Origin: a virus
Direction: 5' to 3' (one strand)
Virus record (IMG/VR): IMGVR_UViG_3300045988_071817
Span: 1 to 52,781 of that record
DNA: 52,781 nt
Shown: in pieces, positions 34,924 through 43,007 of the stretch
How the letters are laid out: the number at the start of each line of letters is the position of its first letter
How positions within the stretch are numbered: the first letter of the stretch is position 1
Notes under the pieces: model-generated
The model's database searches: none
Told to the model about the DNA's origin: nothing
The model's input: only the letters and a program-made list of their open reading frames with translations
Position numbers and translations under genes: made by a program

Positions 34924-36135
34924 TTATTCTTCTGTTGTTTCTTCTGATTCGTTGTAAAGTTTATATTCTACATAGACTGTAATTGTAGGGTCGTGATAAT
35001 ATTCTGACTGACAATATAATTCTTTTTCTGATGAAATGTCATATTCCTCATCTGTATTTATATATCCAAAATTGTCAACATTGAAAAGATATGGACCTTG
35101 ATTTGAAATTAACTTTTTATCAGTTGAATCTATATACATTTTTCCAAATTTTATATATTTAAAACTCGCCACATTAATTGAAACTCGTTTTAAATTACGA
35201 AGGCATAATATTCCCTCGTGTTCTATTCCAAGAGTTCTACACATATCAGAATATTTTACAGTCATATTTTGAACTTGACTTTGCGAAGTCTTATTAATAG
35301 CATTTATCTGAGTTAAAGCTGTGTTATTAATAGCCCTAATCTGACTTGTAGCAGTATTATTGATGTCAGTTAATTTACTGCTAGTAACTTCGTTAAAAGC
35401 TACAACTTTAGCATTATAAACATTATCTGCGTTGTCATTAAATTTTTCTAAATTTTCAGTGTAAGCGTTATTAAGATTATTAATATTTTGACTACCAACA
35501 CCATTAACGCTCCTAATGTTAGCTCTTCCAGCACCATTAATTACATCAATCTGTGCCAGTGCTGTGTTGTTAATACTTTCCAACTGTCCTATTGCTACAT
35601 CATTAATACTACCTAATGCATCTTGTAGTTTAAGTTGTAAATCAGATTTCGTCTGCTCCCCATAAGACTGAGTATCTTCCATCGCTTGTTTAGTGGCTAA
35701 ATAAAGTTTATTCATATTCTTAATAATCTCATCTGCTACTTCTGGCACTATACTAATAACAAGTACAGATGAACCAATCAACCGTAAGATTAATTCTGAA
35801 TTATGTATAGCGTCTGGTACACCATCAACATCTTTAGTGGCTAAGGTGTCGCTCACTGTAAATGACTGTATGTAAGATTTCTGAACTGCTTTATTTGTAT
35901 AATTGACTTGAGCTTCTAACTGACAGTTTCCCACGAGCTGTTTAGTTTCTGCTTGATTTAAAGGAATAATATATACATCACCAGCTAAACTCACGTCACT
36001 TGGATATACTTTGGATAACTGAACAGAACCACAATTTATAGTGAATATAATTTCATCTATAATTTCCTGCTCTGAAGGTTCATCAGTTATTTCTGGAAGC
36101 TTAACTATTAGATTATAAGTTGCTCCTGCTTTCAT
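34924..36135 (-). CDS. Fibre-like protein: BppU-N-like Ig domain, INNTA/Q-rich repeat stalk and C-terminal globular domain (403 aa)
   Basis: N-terminus MKAGATYNLIVKLPE...IIFTINCG...YIIPLNQAETKQLVGNCQLEAQV. Repeats (S/D)INNTA(L/T)xQIxxIN. Encoded outside the tail module. Confidence 0.45.
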   Translation of the reverse strand: MKAGATYNLIVKLPEITDEPSEQEIIDEIIFTINCGSVQLSKVYPSDVSLAGDVYIIPLNQAETKQLVGNCQLEAQVNYTNKAVQKSYIQSFTVSDTLATKDVDGVPDAIHNSELILRLIGSSVLVISIVPEVADEIIKNMNKLYLATKQAMEDTQSYGEQTKSDLQLKLQDALGSINDVAIGQLESINNTALAQIDVINGAGRANIRSVNGVGSQNINNLNNAYTENLEKFNDNADNVYNAKVVAFNEVTSSKLTDINNTATSQIRAINNTALTQINAINKTSQSQVQNMTVKYSDMCRTLGIEHEGILCLRNLKRVSINVASFKYIKFGKMYIDSTDKKLISNQGPYLFNVDNFGYINTDEEYDISSEKELYCQSEYYHDPTITVYVEYKLYNESEETTEE

Positions 36136-36329
36136 TTCTTATTCTCCTTTCTTATGATTTCTTTATCCATTATAACATTTTCTTCGTCTATATTAAATAA
36201 CTTTTTATGTATATCTTCTTCTATGAATTTCTTCCAGCAGGTTGCACCCATACCTAATTCTATAGCTTTTGGATTCTTTAATTTTCTGCCACAACGTTTG
36301 CAGGTGGTTTGTTCTAATTCATTAATCAA
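36132..36329 (-). CDS. Small zinc-ribbon protein with the CxxCG(R/K)KLxNP...GxGxxC motif (65 aa, TTG start)
   Basis: CKRCGRKLKNPKAIELGMGATC. RBS GAGGaataataTTG. Confidence 0.6.
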   Translation of the reverse strand: MINELEQTTCKRCGRKLKNPKAIELGMGATCWKKFIEEDIHKKLFNIDEENVIMDKEIIRKENKK

Positions 36330-36432
36330 TATTATTCCTCACTTTCAACATTTCACCGCCTTCAATTCCAAATTTTTCAACAAATATTTGCGTGTATTCT
36401 TCTATTGTTTTATCTGCATCTATTAATCGCAT
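36322..36432 (-). CDS. Possible 36-aa ORF sharing its first 8 residues (MRLIDADK) with the 36953-37201 protein
   Basis: Manual translation gives MRLIDADKTIEEYTQIFVEKFGIEGGEMLKVRNNID. It fills the 36330-36437 gap. Confidence 0.3.
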   Translation of the reverse strand: MRLIDADKTIEEYTQIFVEKFGIEGGEMLKVRNNID

Positions 36433-36437
36433 CCTAA

Positions 36438-36701
36438 TCACCACGCTTCCATATCAAATTCTTCTCTTGGAATTTTTGTATTGCTAATCTTTTTATAAAT
36501 ATCAACATATATTTCATCCTTAGCTCTGTTGTATGTAACTTCTGCATATTTATCACCCATTGGCTGTCCCCAAATAGTACACTTCTTATAGCCTAATTCG
36601 TGCGCAAACCACACTAGGTCTAATTCGCTAATGTTAATATTTTCGTTTAATACTTTAATCACTGCATTCTTTGCAGCCTTTTCAAATTCGTAACTTGTCA
36701 T
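36438..36701 (-). CDS. Hypothetical protein (87 aa)
   Basis: Start set at MTSYEFEK, just after the upstream stop. Confidence 0.65.
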   Translation of the reverse strand: MTSYEFEKAAKNAVIKVLNENINISELDLVWFAHELGYKKCTIWGQPMGDKYAEVTYNRAKDEIYVDIYKKISNTKIPREEFDMEAW

Positions 36702-36702
36702 T

Positions 36703-36960
36703 CTATTCGTTCTCCTTTTCAAAATCATTTTTGTTAACATATTCTACAATTGCCTTGTTATCTCCAATAAGCATCACTTGAAGAACTACGATTTCTGTAT
36801 TATCATATTGGAATAATCTAGGTTTTTCATCATTAAAAATATATGGCTTGTCTAACAACCCTCTTATGGTTATCTTGCTTTTAGGGTGTGACTTTCTTAA
36901 AGTCCCGCTTACTGCATTAATGTTATAGTTAAATCTATTTACTGTTGTACTATCAAGCAT
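36703..36960 (-). CDS. Hypothetical protein (85 aa)
   Basis: Tightly packed early ORF. Confidence 0.65.
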   Translation of the reverse strand: MLDSTTVNRFNYNINAVSGTLRKSHPKSKITIRGLLDKPYIFNDEKPRLFQYDNTEIVVLQVMLIGDNKAIVEYVNKNDFEKENE

Positions 36961-37201
36961 CTATTCCACCACCTTTCACGATTTCAATTGCATCATCTAA
37001 CCCTGAATCGTAGAACATTTCTTGTAACGTACCTCCAAATCCTTTATTATTCTGTTTTTTACTTAATTCTTCAACAACCTTATCCACATCATAGGCTGTT
37101 GGTTCTTTATCCAATAATTCAATAATTCCGTCATAAGGCGCTCCTTCTTCATATAATTTAGTTAAAAACTCTTTAAATTTATCGGCATCTATTAATCTCA
37201 T
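36953..37201 (-). CDS. Hypothetical protein (82 aa)
   Basis: Tightly packed early ORF. Confidence 0.65.
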   Translation of the reverse strand: MRLIDADKFKEFLTKLYEEGAPYDGIIELLDKEPTAYDVDKVVEELSKKQNNKGFGGTLQEMFYDSGLDDAIEIVKGGGIDA

Positions 37202-37218
37202 TTATAAATCACTCCAAT

Positions 37219-37455
37219 CTAATATGTATTTTGTCCGCAATTTTTACAGTAGCCTGAATGAATCATTAAGCATTTACATCTTGGACAAAAATATTTTCCT
37301 TCAAAAACTGTTCTTGAAATTTTTTCCTGCTTTTCAAGGGCTGAGATTGCCATATCTAAGGCTTGGTTCATATAGTTGTATGGCTGAATAGTAAATCTGC
37401 TTTCTTTTAATCGTCTGATTGCTTCTTCCTGTGTTATCGCTTTCTGCTCTTTCAT
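37219..37455 (-). CDS. Small zinc-ribbon protein (78 aa)
   Basis: CPRCKCLMIHSGYCKNCG at the C-terminus. Confidence 0.65.
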   Translation of the reverse strand: MKEQKAITQEEAIRRLKESRFTIQPYNYMNQALDMAISALEKQEKISRTVFEGKYFCPRCKCLMIHSGYCKNCGQNTY

Positions 37456-37478
37456 TCCTTAGTTCTCCTTTTATTAAA

Positions 37479-37718
37479 TCACCTACAACTTACTCTATAA
37501 TTTTTCAATTCTTTCAGCCACCTGCATAACTGATTATCTGCTTCACCTAAATTTGAAATCATCTTATCCAAACTTAATGTGTTTGGAAACTCATTTATTT
37601 TATACATCTTCAACTCTGTCAACCACAGTCTTGTTTGCAATATAGGTATTCTCTCACTATCCTCTAAGTCTCTACTTAATTCATAATCTAAAGCCTTCAA
37701 ACATTCATCTAATGTCAT
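37479..37718 (-). CDS. Hypothetical protein (79 aa)
   Basis: Tightly packed early ORF. Confidence 0.65.
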   Translation of the reverse strand: MTLDECLKALDYELSRDLEDSERIPILQTRLWLTELKMYKINEFPNTLSLDKMISNLGEADNQLCRWLKELKNYRVSCR

Positions 37719-38113
37719 TTTAACACCTCACTTTCTGCTAGTTTTGCGTATTTCCAAAAAGTTACATCATATTCATCATCCACTGTCCAAGATGTAGCTC
37801 CACACATCCACGCATAAACTTTCCCATCTTCAAATTTAGCAAAATATCTATTCACCCATTCTTTATCTTCATTCTTTCTAACCAATATTGGTGTATCAAC
37901 CTTGACTTTGCTCCAATCAACTTCTGGTTCTTTATATTCTGTAAGTAACCAATTTAAGGCTTCGTCAGAACAAGAAAAAGTGTGGATGAATAAACATTCA
38001 GTACACTTTGTATCATCACAGATATGTGGCTGTCCTTGTACTAGTGCTAACTTATCAAGGTTTATAATACCTAATTTCACTAATAGTTCCTTATAATATT
38101 CAATATTAAGCAT
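37715..38113 (-). CDS. Hypothetical protein (132 aa)
   Basis: RBS ggaggaattgttATG. Confidence 0.7.
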   Translation of the reverse strand: MLNIEYYKELLVKLGIINLDKLALVQGQPHICDDTKCTECLFIHTFSCSDEALNWLLTEYKEPEVDWSKVKVDTPILVRKNEDKEWVNRYFAKFEDGKVYAWMCGATSWTVDDEYDVTFWKYAKLAESEVLK

Positions 38114-38124
38114 AACAATTCCTC

Positions 38125-38754
38125 CTAACCTATTGATTTTAATTCTTCAAGCATTTTTGCGTAATCTTCATCCATACTTGCATACAGTTCATCTAAATTT
38201 CTTGCTTCCAGCTCACGTCTTTTAGCTTTCATCTTTGCTAATAGCTTCTGCTTCTTACGTTTAATGTCTTGTCTTTGTCTATAAGCAGATAAGTCAACTT
38301 TACAAATAACCTCTTCTGTTACTTTGTTTTTTACGTCTTCTTTCGGAACAATCTTTGTTATGAAACAAAGCTTACCTTGAGCTTTTCCCGAAACTAAAAC
38401 ATAATCAGTAGGTTGTATTCTATTGTCTGGTTCGTCATATAAAGCATATGCATATTCCTTAACTGAACCATCAATAGTAACAAATGCTACTCTATCATAT
38501 GGTAGTAAATCTAAATCTTTATCTTTTGCTGCTTCAAATAATTCCATAGAATATTTATCCAACCAAAAATAACTAGAATCAGAATATTCGTTATATTCGC
38601 CAGGAATGTGTACTCCATAACATCTATCACCCGTTGTAAATATCCTACGTACCTCTCCAAGTCTTCCCACTAGCTCATAACTTCCATATATGTCCTCTAC
38701 TGTTTCAGTGGGCTGAATCACAACCTTGTCACCTACCCTAAAATTTCTATTCAT
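38125..38754 (-). CDS. Hypothetical protein (209 aa) with a basic coiled-coil C-terminus
   Basis: Start set at MNRNFRVGD (RBS aaggagggaaaatATG). Confidence 0.7.
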   Translation of the reverse strand: MNRNFRVGDKVVIQPTETVEDIYGSYELVGRLGEVRRIFTTGDRCYGVHIPGEYNEYSDSSYFWLDKYSMELFEAAKDKDLDLLPYDRVAFVTIDGSVKEYAYALYDEPDNRIQPTDYVLVSGKAQGKLCFITKIVPKEDVKNKVTEEVICKVDLSAYRQRQDIKRKKQKLLAKMKAKRRELEARNLDELYASMDEDYAKMLEELKSIG

Positions 38755-38765
38755 ATTTTCCCTCC

Positions 38766-39179
38766 TTATCTCTTCACCCAATAATTTCCTACACAATAAT
38801 AACCACAATCCCAAGTATCTACTATTTTTCCGTCCTTTATAACGGTTAAATGATTAGCTAAACTCAATATCGCCAGCATATTAGGATTACGTCTTGCAAA
38901 CTGTTCCGCTGTGTATCTATAACCATATGCATCTTTAGGTGTTTTCATTTTTATGAAACCTATCTCATCTAAATACTTATCAAACACCTTTCTATCATTA
39001 GGCATCATTTTCATCTTCATACCAATTTCACATAAGCCTGTATATACGGTATCCCAATCTAATTCACTTGCAAATGATATAGCTCTTACTACACAATCAC
39101 CTGCTGATAACTTATTCTTTGGGTTAGCATTGTAAAAACAAAAATGCCCATTATCTTGTCTGTAACTTGGTTTACTCAT
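38766..39179 (-). CDS. Putative papain-fold Cys-His-Asp hydrolase (137 aa)
   Basis: SAGDCVVRAISFA (Cys), LANHLTVIKDGKIVDTWD (His...Asp). First gene of a promoter-leader cassette. Confidence 0.3.
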   Translation of the reverse strand: MSKPSYRQDNGHFCFYNANPKNKLSAGDCVVRAISFASELDWDTVYTGLCEIGMKMKMMPNDRKVFDKYLDEIGFIKMKTPKDAYGYRYTAEQFARRNPNMLAILSLANHLTVIKDGKIVDTWDCGYYCVGNYWVKR

Positions 39180-39223
39180 AATATGTTTACCTCAACTTTC
39201 CTTGTTTTTTAACTTCTTATTGT

Positions 39224-39252
39224 ATTGTAATACATATAAGCAAAAAAGTAAA
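39224..39252 (-). promoter_or_regulatory. Sigma-70-type promoter TTTACT-N17-TACAAT
   Basis: Same atgtattacaat block. Leader AAGAAGTTAAAAAACAAGGAAAGTTGAGGTAAAC. Confidence 0.5.
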
Positions 39253-39297
39253 CCTTTTTACGCAAGTCTTAATAAAATAAAGTAAATTCTTAATAAT

Positions 39298-40248
39298 TTA
39301 AAGTAGACAATTAAAAACTAAATAGTCCAAAGCTATGTCTTCATCTAATTTTCCCAGTTTTATTCCTGTTTCCACCTTTTGACACACTCGCATATTTCGT
39401 TGACATTCTGTTAGATTGTAACCACCTATATTCTTATTAACTATATATAGGTCTCCTTTGGACATTCCTGTTCTTTCCATTACTCCTTTTTTATTTGCTC
39501 CCAAGGCTAAATAAGCGAACATATTTCTAAATCCTTTATAAAGAATGGAGGCAATCATCAAAGCTGATTCTCCCTTTCGTTTAGCTTCGTCCAATAACTC
39601 TATTGCTGTATCTGGAAATCCTGATAATACTGCATCTGTAAGTTGGAAAGTAATATCACCAATTTCCTTATAGAATGCACCGTCATTATCTAACGCTTGA
39701 AAGGCTTTATCTGGTAAGGATTCGTATTCCTTATGACATTGCATATACTGTTCTATCTTATCCAATTCCAATAAGATTCTTCCATATGAATGACCACACA
39801 TTTCTATAATACGTTTACACACAGAATCGCCCATATTCGCGATTTTCTCTCTTATATAGTTCATTAATATGTTTTCGGATAAAAATGTAAATTCTACGGC
39901 GATTTTTTTGTTCTCTTTATAAAATCTACCTCTTTTATCTATCTTATGGTATCGGAGTATTACTATATCCTGTTTTCCTTTCAAAGCACTTTTCAGTGAT
40001 TCTCCTGCTTTTTCGTTCTTCATAAAGTCTAAATCATCATTGATTATGTACACCTTTTTCGCCTTATCCAGCGACTTTGTTCTCAACTTGTTAAGTACCT
40101 GTGATACTGACCCAATACTTACTGGTTTCCCAGCTTTTTTGATATGCTCAATGTATATATCTAATATACACTGTTCCTCACCAAATAAGATTAATAAATT
40201 GGGTATATCATCATTACTAATACAATTCATCAATTCAACTAATTCCAT
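39298..40248 (-). CDS. Clamp-loader delta-like subunit (HolA-like)
   Basis: 316 aa. The N-terminus LLILFGEEQCILDIY is HolA-like. It is the last gene of the clamp-loader cluster. Confidence 0.5.
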   Translation of the reverse strand: MELVELMNCISNDDIPNLLILFGEEQCILDIYIEHIKKAGKPVSIGSVSQVLNKLRTKSLDKAKKVYIINDDLDFMKNEKAGESLKSALKGKQDIVILRYHKIDKRGRFYKENKKIAVEFTFLSENILMNYIREKIANMGDSVCKRIIEMCGHSYGRILLELDKIEQYMQCHKEYESLPDKAFQALDNDGAFYKEIGDITFQLTDAVLSGFPDTAIELLDEAKRKGESALMIASILYKGFRNMFAYLALGANKKGVMERTGMSKGDLYIVNKNIGGYNLTECQRNMRVCQKVETGIKLGKLDEDIALDYLVFNCLL

Positions 40249-40598
40249 TAGAATAATCCTCCTTTCTTCTTTTTCGGTTTTGGTTTAACTACAATGCTAT
40301 TTCCAGCTAAATTTCGGGCTATATTCGTAAGATATGTTTTATCCTTAACATTTAATCTACTATATAGGTCAAATCCTGTATTTCCGTCAAAATCGAACAT
40401 ACAGTAGCCATATTGAGTATCATTTTTAACATCAACACCTTTCTGTAATTCTACCAACTGCTTACTTAATTCATCATATTCCTTGTCTGATAATTTATTC
40501 TCATTAAGTTCATAATATAGAATACAGTTAATTATTATTTTTCTCTGTAGAAAGTTGATGCAAGTTAATTTATCCCACCTTCTAGGAAATTTTTGCAT
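40248..40598 (-). CDS. Small protein (116 aa) whose N-terminus resembles domain Ia of NAD-dependent ligase
   Basis: Start set at MQKFPRR (RBS gggagtacgtcgctATG). LYYELNENKLSDKEYDELSKQLVELQ compares with the LigA YY..D.P.isDaEYD.L...L..LE pattern. Confidence 0.3.
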   Translation of the reverse strand: MQKFPRRWDKLTCINFLQRKIIINCILYYELNENKLSDKEYDELSKQLVELQKGVDVKNDTQYGYCMFDFDGNTGFDLYSRLNVKDKTYLTNIARNLAGNSIVVKPKPKKKKGGLF

Positions 40599-40824
40599 AG
40601 CGACGTACTCCCATACTACCGAAATCGTGCATTGGATAATTATGCTTATGTGTATTTGCAAATGTTTTAATGGCACACATACCATCTTCCAACCCAAATA
40701 TACATCCATCACACCTAAAAATTAAATCTTTCTTTTCATCTGTTTCTTTGCAATTCATACACCAGTTCTTCGTGAATATATCCAATCCGTGAACTGCTTC
40801 TGTAATATCATCCTTATTTCCCAT
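40582..40824 (-). CDS. Cys-rich small protein (80 aa)
   Basis: CMNC...CDGC...C motif. Embedded in the clamp-loader cluster. Confidence 0.6.
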   Translation of the reverse strand: MGNKDDITEAVHGLDIFTKNWCMNCKETDEKKDLIFRCDGCIFGLEDGMCAIKTFANTHKHNYPMHDFGSMGVRRYAKIS

Positions 40825-41605
40825 TCTTAATCTCCTCCAATATATTAATCAACATACATTCTATACTTGCCTTTTTATTAATTGTTGTTCTGTCAATCTC
40901 CTGCTTGCATCTACTTATATAAGATAAGCAAGTTGGTGTGAATAATTCTCTAGCAGTCTGACCTAAGCAACGCTCGAATACACGCATAAATAATAAGCCA
41001 TCAATCTTATCTGTTTCTGTCTGCTTATTCTGTAGCTGTGTACACGCTTTTAGTACCTTTGTTCCTGACTTTTCCTGCAGTGCTGCTAAAACATCAAAGA
41101 CACAATTCTGTACCTTTTCCAGCTCTTTCTTATCAATCTGCATCTGTCCAATGTTGGAACAGTAGTCCAATAAATAATCATCATCTGAATATGACCTTAA
41201 TTCTTCTTCTGAATAAGGTTCCATCTTTATCACTGTTCCACGACTTCTAATTGTACCAAGCATATTATCAATATTATGAACCGTCATAATAAAGTATGCT
41301 TTATTGGGCGGTTCCTCTACCACTTTAAGCAAAGCGTTTTTCGCTTCCTGTCGCATATCATCAGCATCCCTAAAGATATAGCAAGTAGGTTCGCTTTTGG
41401 TGTAGGCATATTCTATGGCTTGTCTGACATCACTTATGCTATTACCAAGAATTATCCCCTGTGCGTTAATATATTTCATTATTAATTTGGCGAGAGTTAA
41501 TCTTCCACTTCCACGAGGTCCTGATAAAATTATAAAACGTGGTACAGCTTTATTCATTCTCCAAGACATCAACGTCTTAATATTATTCTTCTGACCAATC
41601 ATCAT
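40814..41605 (-). CDS. Clamp-loader delta-prime-like AAA+ subunit
   Basis: Start set at Met7 (RBS GGAGGcactggATG). ILSGPRGSGRLTLA degenerate P-loop, EEPP, SRGT sensor. Confidence 0.6.
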   Translation of the reverse strand: MMIGQKNNIKTLMSWRMNKAVPRFIILSGPRGSGRLTLAKLIMKYINAQGIILGNSISDVRQAIEYAYTKSEPTCYIFRDADDMRQEAKNALLKVVEEPPNKAYFIMTVHNIDNMLGTIRSRGTVIKMEPYSEEELRSYSDDDYLLDYCSNIGQMQIDKKELEKVQNCVFDVLAALQEKSGTKVLKACTQLQNKQTETDKIDGLLFMRVFERCLGQTARELFTPTCLSYISRCKQEIDRTTINKKASIECMLINILEEIKNGK

Positions 41606-41804
41606 CCAGTGCCTCCAATTCAAAGCTAAATAAAGGATAAACTAAATTGGAATTATAGTCACCCATACTTTTGTTAGGGTCATAATTCTCAAGCAAACAG
41701 CAGTATGGGATATTATCATTCTCAAGAGTTACAACAATATCTCCGCGATTAAAATTATTCATATTATCACCCAATACTCTACACCTTGTTCCTGCTTTTA
41801 TCAT
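41583..41804 (-). CDS. Hypothetical protein (73 aa)
   Basis: Start set at MIKAGTR (RBS GAAAGGAGaattaatATG). Confidence 0.6.
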   Translation of the reverse strand: MIKAGTRCRVLGDNMNNFNRGDIVVTLENDNIPYCCLLENYDPNKSMGDYNSNLVYPLFSFELEALDDDWSEE

Positions 41805-41805
41805 A

Positions 41806-42825
41806 TTAATTCTCCTTTCCACAATAAATCAAGATAGATAATTCTATCAATGTTCTAGGGTCGCTATCCCATTTAACTTGATTATTAATGTCAACAACTA
41901 ATTCAATAATTTCCATAATTGACACTTTATTGGTATATAAATAGTCCAGCTTCGCCTTATTATCATCTGTTTCTGGAATGGTAACGTACTTGAAATTCTT
42001 ATATATGATATATCTCTGCACATCTAATAAGAATTTAGCGAATTCTTTCATTAAGTGCTTAACATCTTTTCCTTGTCTATATGCATCGTCAATAATATGT
42101 ATACATTCACTATTTTTTGCTAGTAACTCATCGAGAAAATCAAAGAATGTTCCATAATTCTCTGTTCCTATAATATTAAGAACGTTCTCCAAGGTTAGTT
42201 CATCACAAAGCGAACTGCACTTGTCTAATAAAGTGATGGCGTCCCTCATTCCACCATTCGCAATCTTGGCAATATAAGATAAGCACTCTCCATAGGTATG
42301 TATTCCTTCTTCTTGACAGATGTGTGCTAATCTATAGACTATTCCGTCATCACTTATCTTCTGGAATTGATACCTCTGAACTCTTGATAGAATTGTATCT
42401 GGAATCTTCTGTGGGTCTGTTGTGCATAATATAAATATGGTGAACTTAGGTGGTTCTTCCAATGTTTTCAATAATGCCTGCCACGCCCCATTAGATAATG
42501 AGTGACATTCGTCTACTATATATATTTTATATTCAGCATCCAAAGGGTGCTTTTTCGCATCTTCTATAATCTGTCTAATATTATCCACACCGCTGTTAGA
42601 AGCTGCGTCCACCTCTATAGGTGTTCCCTTTCCCTCATTAATCATTGATGCAAAGATTCTGGCACTTGTAGTTTTTCCTGTTCCTGCAGGACCAGTAAAT
42701 AAGTATCCGTGCTGGAATGTCTTTGTTTTAATCTGATTTTCTAATATATCTTTTATTGATTTCTGCTCTGTCATATCATCAAATGTCTGAGGTCTATATT
42801 TAACCGCTAAACTTGTCTTTGCCAT
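41806..42825 (-). CDS. Clamp-loader ATPase subunit (DNA pol III gamma/tau-like)
   Basis: GPAGTGKTT Walker A, VDECH Walker B, LEEPP, SRVQ (SRC-like) motif. Confidence 0.85.
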   Translation of the reverse strand: MAKTSLAVKYRPQTFDDMTEQKSIKDILENQIKTKTFQHGYLFTGPAGTGKTTSARIFASMINEGKGTPIEVDAASNSGVDNIRQIIEDAKKHPLDAEYKIYIVDECHSLSNGAWQALLKTLEEPPKFTIFILCTTDPQKIPDTILSRVQRYQFQKISDDGIVYRLAHICQEEGIHTYGECLSYIAKIANGGMRDAITLLDKCSSLCDELTLENVLNIIGTENYGTFFDFLDELLAKNSECIHIIDDAYRQGKDVKHLMKEFAKFLLDVQRYIIYKNFKYVTIPETDDNKAKLDYLYTNKVSIMEIIELVVDINNQVKWDSDPRTLIELSILIYCGKEN

Positions 42826-43007
42826 TAATATTTACGTCCTTTCTTGTTAATCATATAATAATATAATGATTTTTTCTTTATAACTTCGTTGTATCTAATT
42901 GCTTTATCCTTATAATCTATGTATCCCTCGCATATGCTATGACAGCCAACGAATCTCTGTGTACAATCTTTGCAAGGGCAATGTGGTCTAGGAATCCGAT
43001 TCTCCAT
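42825..43007 (-). CDS. Cys-rich small protein (60 aa)
   Basis: HCPCKDCTQRFVGCHSICEGY metal-binding-like cluster. Confidence 0.6.
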   Translation of the reverse strand: MENRIPRPHCPCKDCTQRFVGCHSICEGYIDYKDKAIRYNEVIKKKSLYYYMINKKGRKY

